Shown here piece after piece: positions 26,673 through 38,488 of a stretch of 64,000 bases of DNA; the stretch's first letter is position 1, and every line of letters starts with the position of its first letter. Origin of the DNA: Escherichia coli (GTDB lineage Bacteria; Pseudomonadota; Gammaproteobacteria; Enterobacterales; Enterobacteriaceae); the NCBI RefSeq assembly GCF_030384885.1, contig NZ_CP128613.1; one strand, given 5' to 3'. Position numbers and translations under genes: made by a program. The notes under the pieces were generated by a model. That model did no database searches. It saw nothing but the letters and a program-made list of their open reading frames with translations, and was not told the origin of the DNA.

Positions 26673-27881
26673 ATGTCCCGCGTGTCGCAGGCGAGGAACC
26701 TGGGTAAATATTTCCTGCTCATCGATAATATGCTGGTCGTGCTGGGGTTCTTTGTTGTCTTCCCGCTGATCTCTATCCGCTTCGTTGATCAAATGGGCTG
26801 GGCCGCCGTCATGGTCGGTATTGCCCTCGGCCTACGCCAGTTTATTCAGCAAGGTCTGGGTATTTTCGGCGGCGCAATTGCCGACCGCTTTGGTGCCAAA
26901 CCGATGATTGTCACCGGTATGCTGATGCGTGCCGCCGGATTCGCCACAATGGGTATCGCCCACGAACCGTGGCTACTGTGGTTTTCATGCCTGCTTTCGG
27001 GACTCGGCGGCACGTTGTTTGATCCTCCGCGTTCGGCGCTGGTGGTGAAACTAATCCGTCCACAACAGCGTGGTCGTTTTTTCTCGCTGTTAATGATGCA
27101 GGACAGTGCCGGTGCGGTCATTGGCGCATTGTTGGGGAGCTGGCTGTTGCAATACGACTTTCGCCTGGTCTGCGCCACAGGAGCCGTTTTGTTTGTGCTG
27201 TGTGCAGCGTTCAATGCGTGGTTGTTACCGGCATGGAAACTCTCCACCGTACGCACGCCCGTTCGCGAAGGCATGACCCGCGTGATGCGCGACAAGCGTT
27301 TTGTCACCTATGTACTGACGCTGGCGGGTTACTACATGCTGGCTGTACAAGTGATGCTGATGCTGCCGATCATGGTCAACGACGTCGCGGGCGCGCCGTC
27401 TGCCGTTAAATGGATGTATGCCATTGAGGCGTGTCTGTCGTTAACGTTGCTCTACCCTATCGCCCGCTGGAGTGAAAAACATTTTCGTCTGGAACACCGA
27501 TTGATGGCTGGGCTATTAATAATGTCATTAAGCATGATGCCAGTGGGTATGGTCAGCGGGCTACAACAACTTTTCACTCTGATTTGTCTGTTTTATATCG
27601 GGTCGATCATTGCTGAGCCTGCGCGCGAAACCTTAAGTGCTTCGCTGGCAGATGCAAGAGCACGCGGCAGCTATATGGGGTTTAGCCGTCTGGGTCTGGC
27701 GATTGGCGGCGCGATTGGTTATATCGGTGGTGGCTGGCTATTTGACTTGGGTAAATCAGCGCACCAACCAGAGCTTCCGTGGATGATGCTGGGAATTATT
27801 GGCATCTTCACTTTCCTTGCGCTGGGTTGGCAGTTTAGCCAGAAACGCACCGCGCGTCGTTTGCTGGAACGCGACGCCTGA
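26673..27881 (+). CDS. mdtH: MFS multidrug efflux transporter MdtH
   Basis: ORF 26643..27881; start placed at [16 protein letters not shown] to give 402 aa; 12-TM MFS pattern. Confidence 0.9.
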   Translation: MSRVSQARNLGKYFLLIDNMLVVLGFFVVFPLISIRFVDQMGWAAVMVGIALGLRQFIQQGLGIFGGAIADRFGAKPMIVTGMLMRAAGFATMGIAHEPWLLWFSCLLSGLGGTLFDPPRSALVVKLIRPQQRGRFFSLLMMQDSAGAVIGALLGSWLLQYDFRLVCATGAVLFVLCAAFNAWLLPAWKLSTVRTPVREGMTRVMRDKRFVTYVLTLAGYYMLAVQVMLMLPIMVNDVAGAPSAVKWMYAIEACLSLTLLYPIARWSEKHFRLEHRLMAGLLIMSLSMMPVGMVSGLQQLFTLICLFYIGSIIAEPARETLSASLADARARGSYMGFSRLGLAIGGAIGYIGGGWLFDLGKSAHQPELPWMMLGIIGIFTFLALGWQFSQKRTARRLLERDA

Positions 27882-27944
27882 TTTGATACTCCCCCCTGAC
27901 TCCTCCATACTGAAAGTGAACTGACAGCCAAATGGAGGAGTCAC

Positions 27945-28592
27945 GTGAAGCTATACATTTACGATCACTGCCCTTACTGCCTCAAAGCCCGCATGATTTT
28001 CGGCCTGAAAAATATCCCCGTCGAATTACATGTTCTGCTCAATGACGACGCAGAAACACCCACCCGGATGGTCGGTCAAAAACAGCTTCCCATTCTGCAA
28101 AAAGATGACAGCCGCTATATGCCAGAAAGCATGGACATCGTTCACTATGTCGATAAACTCGACGGCAAACCGTTACTGACCGGCAAACGTTCACCTGCCA
28201 TTGAAGAATGGCTGCGCAAGGTCAACGGCTACGCCAACAAACTGCTGTTACCGCGTTTTGCCAAATCGGCATTTGATGAGTTTTCTACTCCCGCCGCGCG
28301 CAAATATTTTGTCGACAAGAAAGAAGCCAGCGCGGGTAATTTTGCCGACCTGCTGGCCCACTCTGACGGTCTGATTAAGAATATCAGCGATGATTTACGT
28401 GCGCTGGACAAACTTATCGTCAAACCGAACGCCGTGAATGGCGAACTTTCGGAAGACGATATTCAGCTATTTCCGCTCCTGCGTAATCTGACGCTAGTAG
28501 CCGGAATCAACTGGCCAAGCCGCGTTGCTGATTACCGCGATAATATGGCGAAACAGACACAAATCAATTTGTTATCATCAATGGCGATTTAA
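27945..28592 (+). CDS. grxB: glutaredoxin 2
   Basis: 215-aa ORF MKLYIYDHCPYCLKARMIFGLKNIP with CPYC active site. Confidence 0.95.
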   Translation: MKLYIYDHCPYCLKARMIFGLKNIPVELHVLLNDDAETPTRMVGQKQLPILQKDDSRYMPESMDIVHYVDKLDGKPLLTGKRSPAIEEWLRKVNGYANKLLLPRFAKSAFDEFSTPAARKYFVDKKEASAGNFADLLAHSDGLIKNISDDLRALDKLIVKPNAVNGELSEDDIQLFPLLRNLTLVAGINWPSRVADYRDNMAKQTQINLLSSMAI

Positions 28593-28725
28593 TCCTGACC
28601 CGCCGCGGCAGCCTGTATTCGCGGGTTGCCGCCGTTTTCAGTTTTTTCTGCTGGCGAGTTTATCGCTGGTGACACATGCTGCGTTGTGTCAGGATATTGA
28701 CGCAGATTTCATGTCGAGGACTACC

Positions 28726-29286
28726 ATGAACAAGTTTTTATTTGCCGCTGTATTGTTCGTCAGTGGCCTGCTCGTTGGCTGTAATCAACTCACCCAATAC
28801 ACCATCACCGAACAAGAAATTAACCAGTCGCTTGCGAAACATAATAATTTCTCAAAAGATATCGGTTTACCCGGCGTGGCTGACGCCCATATTGTTCTGA
28901 CAAACCTGACCAGCCAAATTGGTCGCGAAGAGCCGAATAAGGTTACCCTAACCGGAGACGCCAATCTGGACATGAACTCCCTGTTCGGTAGCCAGAAAGC
29001 GACCATGAAACTGAAGCTGAAAGCGCTGCCTGTGTTTGATAAAGAAAAAGGCGCGATCTTCCTGAAAGAGATGGAAGTAGTCGATGCGACGGTACAACCG
29101 GAAAAAATGCAAACGGTGATGCAAACGTTGCTTCCCTATTTGAACCAGGCATTACGCAATTACTTTAACCAGCAACCTGCTTATGTCCTGCGCGAAGATG
29201 GCAGTAAGGGCGAAGCAATGGCGAAGAAACTGGCGAAAGGTATTGAAGTGAAGCCTGGTGAAATTGTCATTCCGTTTACTGATTAA
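28726..29286 (+). CDS. yceB: lipoprotein YceB (DUF1439)
   Basis: ORF 28525..29286; start placed at MNKFLFAAVLFVSGLLVGC (lipobox LVGC) to give 186 aa. Confidence 0.88.
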   Translation: MNKFLFAAVLFVSGLLVGCNQLTQYTITEQEINQSLAKHNNFSKDIGLPGVADAHIVLTNLTSQIGREEPNKVTLTGDANLDMNSLFGSQKATMKLKLKALPVFDKEKGAIFLKEMEVVDATVQPEKMQTVMQTLLPYLNQALRNYFNQQPAYVLREDGSKGEAMAKKLAKGIEVKPGEIVIPFTD

Positions 29287-29287
29287 T

Positions 29288-29318
29288 CACGAGGGCGCAT
29301 TTGCGCCCTTTATTTTTC
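29288..29318 (+). terminator. rho-independent terminator after yceB
   Basis: GAGGGCGCA-tt-TGCGCCCTT hairpin followed by TATTTTTC. Confidence 0.75.
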
Positions 29319-29324
29319 GTGCAA

Positions 29325-29391
29325 AGGAAAACGTTTCCGCTTATCCTTTGTGTCCGGCAAAAACATCCCTTCAGCCGGAGCATAGAGATTA
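29325..29391 (+). promoter_or_regulatory. pyrC: pyrC control region: PurR-type operator palindrome and leader hairpin near the SD
   Basis: Palindrome AGGAAAACGTTTCCGC at 29325..29340; downstream TCCGGC-N15-GCCGGA inverted repeat just 5' of the GGAG/ATG. Confidence 0.65.
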
Positions 29392-30438
29392 ATGACTGCA
29401 CCATCCCAGGTATTAAAGATCCGCCGCCCAGACGACTGGCACCTTCACCTCCGCGATGGCGACATGTTAAAAACTGTCGTGCCTTATACCAGCGAAATAT
29501 ATGGACGGGCTATCGTAATGCCCAATCTGGCTCCGCCCGTGACAACCGTTGAGGCTGCCGTGGCATATCGCCAGCGTATTCTCGACGCCGTACCTGCCGG
29601 GCACGATTTCACCCCGTTGATGACCTGTTATTTAACAGATTCGCTGGACCCTAATGAGCTGGAACGTGGATTTAACGAAGGCGTGTTCACCGCTGCAAAA
29701 CTTTACCCCGCAAACGCAACCACTAACTCCAGCCACGGCGTGACGTCGGTTGATGAAATCATGCCGGTACTTGAGCGCATGGAAAAAATCGGTATGCCGC
29801 TACTGGTGCATGGTGAAGTGACACATGCAGATATCGACATTTTTGATCGTGAGGCGCGCTTTATAGAAAGCGTAATGGAACCGCTTCGCCAGCGCCTGAC
29901 CGCGCTGAAAGTCGTTTTTGAGCACATCACCACCAAAGAAGCTGCCGACTATGTCCGTGACGGAAATGAACGTCTGGCGGCCACCATCACTCCTCAGCAT
30001 CTGATGTTTAACCGTAACCATATGCTGGTTGGTGGCGTGCGTCCACACCTGTATTGTCTACCCATCCTCAAACGCAATATTCACCAACAGGCACTGCGTG
30101 AACTGGTCGCCAGCGGTTTTAATCGCGTATTCCTCGGTACGGATTCTGCGCCGCATGCACGTCATCGCAAAGAGAGCAGCTGCGGCTGCGCGGGCTGCTT
30201 CTACGCCCCAACCGCGCTGGGCAGTTACGCTACCGTCTTTGAAGAGATGAATGCTCTGCAGCACTTTGAAGCATTCTGTTCTGTAAACGGCCCACAGTAC
30301 TATGGCTTGCCGGTCAACGACACATTCATCGAACTAGTCCGCGAAGAGCAACAGGTTGCTGAAAGCATCGCATTGACTGATGACACACTGGTGCCATTCC
30401 TCGCCGGGGAAACGGTACGCTGGTCCGTTAAACAATAA
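29392..30438 (+). CDS. pyrC: dihydroorotase
   Basis: 348-aa [30 protein letters not shown]... with HxH metal-binding motif. Confidence 0.97.
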   Translation: MTAPSQVLKIRRPDDWHLHLRDGDMLKTVVPYTSEIYGRAIVMPNLAPPVTTVEAAVAYRQRILDAVPAGHDFTPLMTCYLTDSLDPNELERGFNEGVFTAAKLYPANATTNSSHGVTSVDEIMPVLERMEKIGMPLLVHGEVTHADIDIFDREARFIESVMEPLRQRLTALKVVFEHITTKEAADYVRDGNERLAATITPQHLMFNRNHMLVGGVRPHLYCLPILKRNIHQQALRELVASGFNRVFLGTDSAPHARHRKESSCGCAGCFYAPTALGSYATVFEEMNALQHFEAFCSVNGPQYYGLPVNDTFIELVREEQQVAESIALTDDTLVPFLAGETVRWSVKQ

Positions 30439-30473
30439 AAATCGTAGCTTCCTGTTGTCATTAGGTTATTTTG

Positions 30474-30493
30474 ACTGTATAAATAACCAGTAT
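30474..30493 (+). promoter_or_regulatory. LexA operator (SOS box) of dinI
   Basis: ACTGTATAAATAACCAGTAT matches CTGT-N8-ACAG, about 20 nt upstream of the dinI ATG. Confidence 0.85.
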
Positions 30494-30511
30494 ATTCAAC
30501 AGGGGGCTATT

Positions 30512-30757
30512 ATGCGAATTGAAGTCACCATAGCGAAAACTTCTCCATTGCCAGCTGGGGCTATTGACGCCCTGGCTGGCGAACTTTCCCGCCGTATTCA
30601 GTATGCGTTTCCTGATAATGAAGGCCACGTATCGGTACGTTATGCCGCAGCGAATAATTTATCGGTTATTGGCGCGACAAAAGAAGATAAACAGCGCATT
30701 AGCGAAATTCTCCAGGAAACGTGGGAAAGCGCCGATGACTGGTTTGTCAGCGAATAA
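30512..30757 (+). CDS. dinI: DNA damage-inducible protein I
   Basis: 81-aa reading MRIEVTIAKTSPLPAGAIDALAGELSRRIQYAF... inside track ORF 30380..30757. Confidence 0.95.
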   Translation: MRIEVTIAKTSPLPAGAIDALAGELSRRIQYAFPDNEGHVSVRYAAANNLSVIGATKEDKQRISEILQETWESADDWFVSE

Positions 30758-30778
30758 TATGCAGTGATTTTTGTTTTT

Positions 30779-30804
30779 GCCGGGTCGCCCCGGCTTTTTT
30801 ATTT
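30779..30804 (+). terminator. rho-independent terminator after dinI
   Basis: GCCGGGTCGCCCCGGC hairpin followed by TTTTTTATTTT. Confidence 0.8.
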
Positions 30805-31046
30805 TACTTACGAATTTCGAGTACAAAATTCCTACACTTCCTCAAAATAATTGCACAATATGCTAAAAAAATATGAATGACATGCTGTTTTATTGTTCAT
30901 ATAAATCTTAAAAGCAAAAATTTATCTGTTCCCCCCTTTAAAAATTCGGTGAATACCCTTACTTATTGGTATACTGAAGTTGCTTCAGATAAAAACGCAT
31001 TGAACCTCGAATAACGTTGTCTAGTAACACGAATTAGGGGGCCATG

Positions 31047-31301
31047 ATGGAAAAAAATAATGAAGTCATTCAGACTCATCCGCTCGTAGGGTGGGACATC
31101 AGCACCGTTGATAGCTATGATGCGCTGATGTTGCGTTTGCATTACCAGACCCCAAATAAGTCCGAGCAGGAAGGGACTGAAGTTGGTCAGACGCTCTGGT
31201 TAACCACTGATGTTGCCAGACAATTTATTTCGATATTAGAAGCAGGAATCGCCAAAATTGAATCCGGTGATTTCCCGGTAAACGAGTATCGGCGTCATTA
31301 A
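31047..31301 (+). CDS. bssS: biofilm regulator BssS
   Basis: 84-aa reading MEKNNEVIQTHPLVGWDISTVDSYDALMLRLHYQTP... Confidence 0.9.
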   Translation: MEKNNEVIQTHPLVGWDISTVDSYDALMLRLHYQTPNKSEQEGTEVGQTLWLTTDVARQFISILEAGIAKIESGDFPVNEYRRH

Positions 31302-31415
31302 CATGACATGACCATCCACCCAAAAGGCACCTCACTGGTGCCTTTACCATTTCTGGGTTGTATATCTGCATTCAGTTAATTACTCTGCTTAAACCATGAG
31401 AGCAGAGAGAAAAAA

Positions 31416-32534
31416 ATGAAATACGATCTCATCATTATTGGCAGCGGTTCCGTAGGCGCTGCCGCCGGGTATTATGCAACCCGTGCCGGTTTAAACGTGC
31501 TAATGACCGACGCCCATATGCCACCGCATCAACACGGCAGCCACCACGGCGATACGCGATTAATTCGCCATGCTTATGGTGAAGGCGAAAAGTATGTCCC
31601 GCTGGTCCTCCGCGCGCAAACGCTGTGGGATGAACTCTCCCACCACAACGAAGAAGATCCCATTTTTGTACGCTCTGGCGTCATTAACCTTGGCCCGGCT
31701 GATTCCACATTTCTCGCCAACGTCGCCCACAGCGCCGAACAGTGGCAACTCAACGTTGAAAAGCTCGATGCGCAAGGGATTATGGCACGCTGGCCAGAAA
31801 TACGCGTCCCGGACAACTACATCGGCTTATTTGAGACTGATTCCGGCTTTTTACGCAGCGAACTGGCGATTAAAACCTGGATCCAACTGGCGAAGGAAGC
31901 GGGTTGTGCGCAGTTGTTTAACTGCCCGGTCACCGCAATTCGTCATGACGATGATGGCGTAACTATTGAAACCGCTGACGGTGAGTATCAGGCGAAAAAG
32001 GCGATTGTCTGCGCGGGAACATGGGTAAAAGATCTGCTCCCGGAACTGCCTGTCCAGCCCGTACGCAAAGTATTTGCCTGGTATCAGGCCGATGGTCGCT
32101 ATAGCGTGAAGAATAAATTCCCGGCGTTTACCGGTGAACTGCCCAATGGCGATCAATATTATGGTTTTCCGGCAGAAAACGACGCGTTGAAGATTGGCAA
32201 ACATAACGGAGGCCAGGTTATCCATTCAGCGGATGAACGTGTTCCGTTTGCGGAAGTGGCCAGTGATGGGTCAGAAGCCTTCCCGTTCTTGCGCAATGTA
32301 TTGCCGGGTATCGGTTGCTGCCTGTACGGCGCTGCCTGCACCTATGATAATTCGCCTGACGAAGATTTTATTATCGATACTCTACCCGGCCACGATAATA
32401 CACTGCTCATTACCGGCCTGAGCGGGCACGGTTTTAAATTTGCGTCAGTTTTAGGGGAAATAGCTGCCGATTTTGCGCAAGACAAAAAAAGCGATTTTGA
32501 TTTGACGCCATTCAGGCTTTCCCGCTTCCAATAA
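31416..32534 (+). CDS. solA: N-methyl-L-tryptophan oxidase
   Basis: 372-aa [24 protein letters not shown] with FAD-binding GSGxxG motif. Confidence 0.95.
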
Positions 32535-32581
32535 TCATCATTACGGCCTCCAGAATGAGGCCGTTTTTACAGGAGTATTTA

Positions 32582-32695
32582 ATGCGTCGGCTGTTGCACT
32601 ATCTCATCAATAATATTCGCGAGCATCTGATGCTTTATCTTTTTCTCTGGGGACTGTTGGCAATTATGGACCTGATCTACGTGTTTTATTTTTAG
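32582..32695 (+). CDS. yceO: small hydrophobic protein (37 codons), YceO-like
   Basis: AGGAG RBS 8 nt upstream of the ATG; reads [37 protein letters not shown]; not in the ORF track (short); name from memory of the K-12 locus. Confidence 0.5.
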
Positions 32696-32956
32696 TTTTT
32701 CCGCACTGACATAAACTGACAAATATTTAATCTCCCTTTCATTTAGCGTGAAAAATTGAATGAGATTCTTCCTGCCTCTACAGCACTCACCAGACCTTCC
32801 AGATGCTGAACCCACTAAACTTATGAAGATTCTTTCATTATTAATTCAAAATTATTGAAATAAAAATAAATATCATTCAATTTGTTATTTTTGTGTTGCA
32901 ATTCATTCTCCGACACGCCATTTTCTTTCTCTCGCAAATTCGTTTTGGATGCACTT

Positions 32957-33523
32957 ATGTCATTCACAAATACCCCTGAACGCTATGGTGTTATATCTGC
33001 GGCCTTCCATTGGCTAAGCGCAATTATTGTCTATGGCATGTTTGCTTTAGGTCTGTGGATGGTCACGCTCAGTTATTACGATGGCTGGTATCACCAGGCA
33101 CCGGAACTGCATAAAAGCATCGGCATTTTGTTAATGATGGGGCTGGTTATTCGCGTTCTGTGGCGTGTCATATCTCCACCGCCGGGTCCGCTGCCGAGTT
33201 ATTCGCCCATGACTCGTCTTGCAGCAAAAGCTGGACATCTCGCATTGTACCTATTGCTGTTCACCATCGGCATCAGCGGCTATCTGATCTCAACTGCCGA
33301 TGGTAAACCGATCAGCGTTTTTGGCTGGTTTGACGTCCCCGCGACCCTCGCCGACGCTGGCGCACAGGCTGACTTTGCCGGTGCCGTGCATTTTTGGCTC
33401 GCGTGGAGCGTCGTAGTACTGTCCGTTATGCACGGATTTATGGCCCTGAAGCATCATTTCATCGATAAAGACGACACTCTGAAGCGCATGCTGGGAAAGT
33501 CGTCATCTGACTATGGAGTATAA
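32957..33523 (+). CDS. yceJ: cytochrome b561 family protein YceJ
   Basis: ORF 32882..33523; start placed at MSFTNTPERYGVISAAFHWLSA to give 188 aa; 4-TM haem-binding His pattern. Confidence 0.85.
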   Translation: MSFTNTPERYGVISAAFHWLSAIIVYGMFALGLWMVTLSYYDGWYHQAPELHKSIGILLMMGLVIRVLWRVISPPPGPLPSYSPMTRLAAKAGHLALYLLLFTIGISGYLISTADGKPISVFGWFDVPATLADAGAQADFAGAVHFWLAWSVVVLSVMHGFMALKHHFIDKDDTLKRMLGKSSSDYGV

Positions 33524-33526
33524 AAA

Positions 33527-34102
33527 ATGAAAAAAAGCCTGCTTGGTTTAACCTTCGCTTCCATGATGTTCTCTGCGGGTTCAGCGGTTGCCGCCGATTA
33601 CAAAATTGACAAAGAAGGTCAGCACGCCTTTGTTAATTTCCGCATCCAGCACCTTGGCTACAGCTGGTTATATGGCACCTTTAAAGATTTCGACGGTACT
33701 TTTACCTTTGATGAAAAAAATCCCGCTGCCGATAAAGTGAATGTGACAATTAACACCACCAGCGTCGATACTAATCACGCCGAACGCGATAAACATCTTC
33801 GCAGTGCGGATTTCCTCAATACCGCAAAATATCCACAGGCAACATTCACCTCCACTAGCGTAAAGAAAGACGGTGATGAGCTGGATATTACCGGCGATCT
33901 GACGCTGAACGGGGTCACCAAACCCGTCACGCTGGAAGCGAAATTAATTGGTCAGGGCGACGACCCGTGGGGCGGTAAACGTGCAGGCTTTGAGGCCGAA
34001 GGCAAAATTAAGCTCAAAGACTTCAATATCAAGACAGATTTAGGTCCAGCTTCTCAGGAAGTGGATCTGATTATTTCAGTGGAAGGCGTACAGCAGAAGT
34101 AA
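33527..34102 (+). CDS. yceI: periplasmic polyisoprenoid-binding protein YceI
   Basis: 191-aa ORF with signal peptide [22 protein letters not shown]. Confidence 0.93.
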   Translation: MKKSLLGLTFASMMFSAGSAVAADYKIDKEGQHAFVNFRIQHLGYSWLYGTFKDFDGTFTFDEKNPAADKVNVTINTTSVDTNHAERDKHLRSADFLNTAKYPQATFTSTSVKKDGDELDITGDLTLNGVTKPVTLEAKLIGQGDDPWGGKRAGFEAEGKIKLKDFNIKTDLGPASQEVDLIISVEGVQQK

Positions 34103-34114
34103 GCGTGAAATGTT

Positions 34115-34135
34115 GCCGGATGACACGCATCCGGC
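34115..34135. terminator. terminator hairpin between convergent yceI and trhO
   Basis: GCCGGATG-acacg-CATCCGGC palindrome. Confidence 0.6.
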
Positions 34136-34143
34136 AATGATAT

Positions 34144-35196
34144 TTATTCTGTTGGATCAGGAATGCCCAGTGTTGTATTCAGACGTCCACGAGACTTATT
34201 AAAGATCTTATTGCCATTTTCACGTCCTGCCCGACGGCGTCGCTGTTCTTCTGGCGGTAACGCGCTTTCTTCGCAGCAAATCTCACTGCAACAACCTTTG
34301 TATTTTTCTGCACATACTGGACACTGAATAAACAGCAGGTGGCAGCCATCATTTTTACAGTTGGTATGGCTATCGCACGGCGCACCGCACTGGTGGCAAT
34401 GCGCGATAATCTCATCAGAGATACGTTCGCCCATCCGCTCGTCAAACACAAAATTTTTGCCAATAAAACGCACCGGTAAGCCCTGCTCGCGCGCCTTACG
34501 GGCGTATTCAATAATTCCGCCTTCGATATGCCAGACTTTATTGAATCCGTTATGTTTCATCCAGGCACTGGCCTTTTCACAACGAATGCCGCCGGTGCAG
34601 TACATAACGATTTTTTTATCTTTATGTTCCTGCATCATCTCGACTGCTTTTGGCAGCTGCTCACGGAAGGTATCTGCCGGAATTTCCAGCGCGTTTTCAA
34701 AGTGCCCCACTTCATACTCATAGTGGTTACGCATGTCGATAAACAATGCATCGGGATCGTCAAGCATGGCGTTCACTTCTGCCGCTTGCAGATACTCACC
34801 AACATTGCTGGCATCAAAGTGAGGATCGTCAATACCGTCGGCTACGATGCGATCGCGCACCTTCATGCGCAGTACCCAGAAGGATTTCCCGTCATCATCC
34901 AACGCGATATTCAGGCGTAAGCCATCTAAAGCTGGGTCGAAGCCGTATAGCTGTGCGCGAAATGTTTCAACATTGCTCGCAGGTACACTGATTTGCGCGT
35001 TAATCCCCTCATGCGCCAGATACACTCGCCCAAAAATATTCAGCGCAGTAAACAGCTGATATAAAGCGTCACGGGTCGCTTTCGGATCGGCGATGTGGAA
35101 ATACTTATAAAACGAAATGGTGGTGCGCGGTTCGCGCTCAGCCAACATTTTGGCTTTCAGCGCGTCGTTGGAAATGCGGTTGTGTAACACTGGCAT
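34144..35196 (-). CDS. trhO: rhodanese-domain tRNA uridine(34) hydroxylase TrhO (YceA)
   Basis: ORF 34144..35250; start placed at [20 protein letters not shown] to give 350 aa; rhodanese CxGGxR motif CTGGIRC. Confidence 0.9.
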   Translation of the reverse strand: MPVLHNRISNDALKAKMLAEREPRTTISFYKYFHIADPKATRDALYQLFTALNIFGRVYLAHEGINAQISVPASNVETFRAQLYGFDPALDGLRLNIALDDDGKSFWVLRMKVRDRIVADGIDDPHFDASNVGEYLQAAEVNAMLDDPDALFIDMRNHYEYEVGHFENALEIPADTFREQLPKAVEMMQEHKDKKIVMYCTGGIRCEKASAWMKHNGFNKVWHIEGGIIEYARKAREQGLPVRFIGKNFVFDERMGERISDEIIAHCHQCGAPCDSHTNCKNDGCHLLFIQCPVCAEKYKGCCSEICCEESALPPEEQRRRRAGRENGNKIFNKSRGRLNTTLGIPDPTE

Positions 35197-35420
35197 GGTG
35201 TACGGTTCCTGCGAGATGGGAAAGTAAAAATCCGCGGCATGATATAGCAATTATCGATAATTAACATCCACACATTTTACGCTACATTTGCGCATTAAAA
35301 ATTATTTATTATTTACAAGCGCGGTAATTTCGCCCAGTCTTCAGCCACAAATTTTGGTTGCGGGCGAAAAAATGCGACAATACATACAATTGCCCGAATA
35401 GGTTGAAAAACAGGATTGAT

Positions 35421-36341
35421 ATGACGAATCTACCCAAGTTCTCCACCGCACTGCTTCATCCGCGTTATTGGTTAACCTGGTTGGGTATTGGCGTACTTTG
35501 GTTAGTCGTGCAATTGCCCTACCCGGTTATCTACCGCCTCGGTTGTGGATTAGGAAAACTGGCGTTACGTTTTATGAAACGACGCGCAAAAATTGTGCAT
35601 CGCAACCTGGAACTGTGCTTCCCGGAAATGAGCGAACAAGAACGCCGTGAAATGGTGGTGAAGAATTTCGAATCTGTTGGTATGGGGCTGATGGAAACCG
35701 GCATGGCGTGGTTCTGGCCAGACCGCCGGATCGCCCGCTGGACGGAAGTGATCGGCATGGAACACATTCGTGACGTGCAGGCGCAACAACGCGGCATCCT
35801 GTTAGTTGGCATCCATTTTCTGACTCTGGAGCTGGGTGCGCGGCAATTTGGTATGCAGGAACCCGGGATTGGCGTTTACCGCCCGAACGATAACCCACTG
35901 ATTGACTGGCTACAAACCTGGGGCCGTTTGCGCTCAAATAAATCAATGCTCGATCGCAAAGATTTAAAAGGCATGATTAAAGCCCTGAAAAAAGGCGAAG
36001 TGGTCTGGTACGCACCGGATCATGATTACGGCCCGCGCTCAAGCGTTTTCGTCCCGTTGTTTGCCGTTGAGCAGGCTGCGACCACAACCGGAACCTGGAT
36101 GCTGGCACGGATGTCCGGCGCATGTCTGGTGCCCTTCGTTCCACGCCGTAAGCCAGATGGCAAAGGGTATCAGTTGATTATGCTACCGCCAGAGTGTTCT
36201 CCGCCGCTGGATGATGCCGAAACCACCGCCGCATGGATGAACAAAGTGGTCGAAAAATGCATCATGATGGCACCAGAGCAGTATATGTGGTTGCACCGTC
36301 GCTTTAAAACACGTCCGGAAGGCGTTCCTTCACGCTATTAA
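35421..36341 (+). CDS. lpxL: lipid A biosynthesis lauroyltransferase
   Basis: ORF 35358..36341; start placed at [24 protein letters not shown] to give 306 aa. Confidence 0.9.
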   Translation: MTNLPKFSTALLHPRYWLTWLGIGVLWLVVQLPYPVIYRLGCGLGKLALRFMKRRAKIVHRNLELCFPEMSEQERREMVVKNFESVGMGLMETGMAWFWPDRRIARWTEVIGMEHIRDVQAQQRGILLVGIHFLTLELGARQFGMQEPGIGVYRPNDNPLIDWLQTWGRLRSNKSMLDRKDLKGMIKALKKGEVVWYAPDHDYGPRSSVFVPLFAVEQAATTTGTWMLARMSGACLVPFVPRRKPDGKGYQLIMLPPECSPPLDDAETTAAWMNKVVEKCIMMAPEQYMWLHRRFKTRPEGVPSRY

Positions 36342-36513
36342 ATCTCCCATGCCGGATGCTTGAGAATGGCATCCGGCATTACCACAGCAAATCCCCCCTG
36401 ATTTAGCGATAAAAGCTCTCTGGATTGCGCCCCCTGGAAGTCGGGCGCATAATTAGTGTGCTTATCTTTTCTTCTTATGTTCACCGCGCCTGGCGCACCA
36501 ACAGCGGATTGCT

Positions 36514-37740
36514 ATGTCACCCTGTGAAAATGACACCCCTATAAACTGGAAACGAAACCTGATCGTCGCCTGGCTAGGCTGTTTTCTTACCGGTGCCGCC
36601 TTCAGCCTGGTAATGCCCTTCTTACCCCTCTACGTTGAGCAGCTTGGCGTTACGGGCCACTCCGCCTTGAATATGTGGTCCGGTATTGTCTTCAGCATTA
36701 CATTTTTATTTTCGGCCATCGCCTCACCGTTTTGGGGTGGACTCGCCGACCGTAAAGGCCGAAAACTCATGCTATTACGCTCTGCCCTCGGCATGGGCAT
36801 CGTGATGGTGTTGATGGGGCTGGCACAAAATATCTGGCAGTTTTTGATCCTGCGGGCGCTGCTTGGTTTGCTTGGCGGATTTGTTCCCAACGCTAACGCA
36901 CTGATCGCCACACAAGTACCGCGTAATAAAAGCGGCTGGGCGCTGGGTACGCTCTCCACAGGCGGCGTTAGCGGCGCGTTGCTCGGCCCAATGGCTGGTG
37001 GTTTGCTTGCCGATAGCTACGGCTTACGTCCGGTATTCTTTATTACCGCCAGTGTGCTGATACTTTGCTTTTTCGTCACCCTGTTTTGCATCCGAGAAAA
37101 ATTCCAGCCAGTCAGCAAAAAAGAGATGCTGCATATGCGGGAAGTGGTGACATCACTTAAAAACCCGAAACTGGTACTCAGCCTGTTTGTCACCACGTTA
37201 ATCATCCAGGTGGCGACGGGCTCAATTGCCCCCATTCTGACGCTGTATGTCCGCGAACTGGCGGGTAACGTCAGTAACGTCGCCTTTATCAGTGGCATGA
37301 TCGCCTCGGTGCCAGGCGTGGCTGCTCTGCTGAGTGCACCACGACTCGGCAAACTTGGCGATCGAATCGGCCCCGAAAAGATCCTGATTACGGCGCTGAT
37401 CTTTTCTGTACTGCTGTTGATCCCAATGTCTTATGTTCAGACGCCATTGCAACTTGGGATTTTACGTTTTTTGCTCGGTGCCGCGGATGGTGCATTACTC
37501 CCCGCCGTACAGACACTGTTAGTTTACAACTCGAGCAACCAAATCGCCGGGCGTATCTTCAGCTATAACCAATCGTTTCGTGATATTGGCAACGTTACCG
37601 GACCATTGATGGGAGCAGCGATTTCAGCGAACTACGGTTTCAGAGCGGTATTCCTCGTCACCGCTGGCGTAGTGTTATTCAACGCAGTCTATTCATGGAA
37701 CAGTCTGCGCCGTCGTCGGATACCCCAGGTATCGAACTGA
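36514..37740 (+). CDS. mdtG: MFS multidrug efflux transporter MdtG
   Basis: 408-aa [30 protein letters not shown]... Confidence 0.93.
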
Positions 37741-37822
37741 TTTTTCGCCTTTCATACTTGCAAAAGCGGAGAATCAGCTATCCTTTTCCCTGAAACCTCA
37801 TCAACTCAAAGGGAGAATCGTG

Positions 37823-38197
37823 ATGACCATGTACGCAACGCTTGAAGAAGCCATTGATGCTGCACGCGAAGAATTTCTTGCAGACAACCCCGGCATCGAC
37901 GCCGAAGACGCGAATGTGCAACAGTTCAATGCCCAAAAATACGTTTTGCAGGACGGCGACATCATGTGGCAAGTTGAGTTTTTTGCCGACGAAGGGGAAG
38001 AAGGTGAATGTTTACCCATGCTTAGCGGTGAAGCCGCGCAAAGTGTCTTTGACGGCGACTATGATGAGATAGAGATCCGCCAGGAGTGGCAGGAAGAGAA
38101 TACATTACATGAATGGGACGAGGGGGAATTTCAGCTTGAGCCACCGCTGGATACGGAAGAAGGACGGGCAGCGGCTGATGAGTGGGATGAACGCTAA
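37823..38197 (+). CDS. msyB: acidic protein MsyB
   Basis: 124-aa highly acidic ORF MTMYATLEEAIDAAREEFLADNPGIDAEDANV...; GGGAGA RBS upstream. Confidence 0.9.
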   Translation: MTMYATLEEAIDAAREEFLADNPGIDAEDANVQQFNAQKYVLQDGDIMWQVEFFADEGEEGECLPMLSGEAAQSVFDGDYDEIEIRQEWQEENTLHEWDEGEFQLEPPLDTEEGRAAADEWDER

Positions 38198-38425
38198 TTA
38201 CTCATACGGGCCATGATGAATGTCGATCGGCAGCAGTAAAGTATCGAAAACAAGGGAGAATGGCAGATCAAGGATCGTGACGTAACGCCAGGCGGAGTCA
38301 CGCACGTCCCATTGCACACCAGGATAATATTGGTTGCCATGCCCCTGCCCCGGTATAGTGCGACTAATAATACTGCCGCAGCCACTCAACAAGGTCACCA
38401 TAATACTGACCATGATGAAACGCAT
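38198..38425 (-). CDS. yceK: lipoprotein YceK
   Basis: 75-aa ORF MRFIMVSIMVTLLSGCGSI (lipobox LSGC). Confidence 0.85.
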   Translation of the reverse strand: MRFIMVSIMVTLLSGCGSIISRTIPGQGHGNQYYPGVQWDVRDSAWRYVTILDLPFSLVFDTLLLPIDIHHGPYE

Positions 38426-38488
38426 TTGATACCTCTCCCGTAAAAAAATACCGGCATAACGCCGGTATTTTTATTGGCTCGTTGTTTT

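Noticed and set aside
34179-34511. 110-aa minus-strand ORF inside trhO (yceA)
   Set aside because: Alternate frame of the trhO coding region; no independent support.
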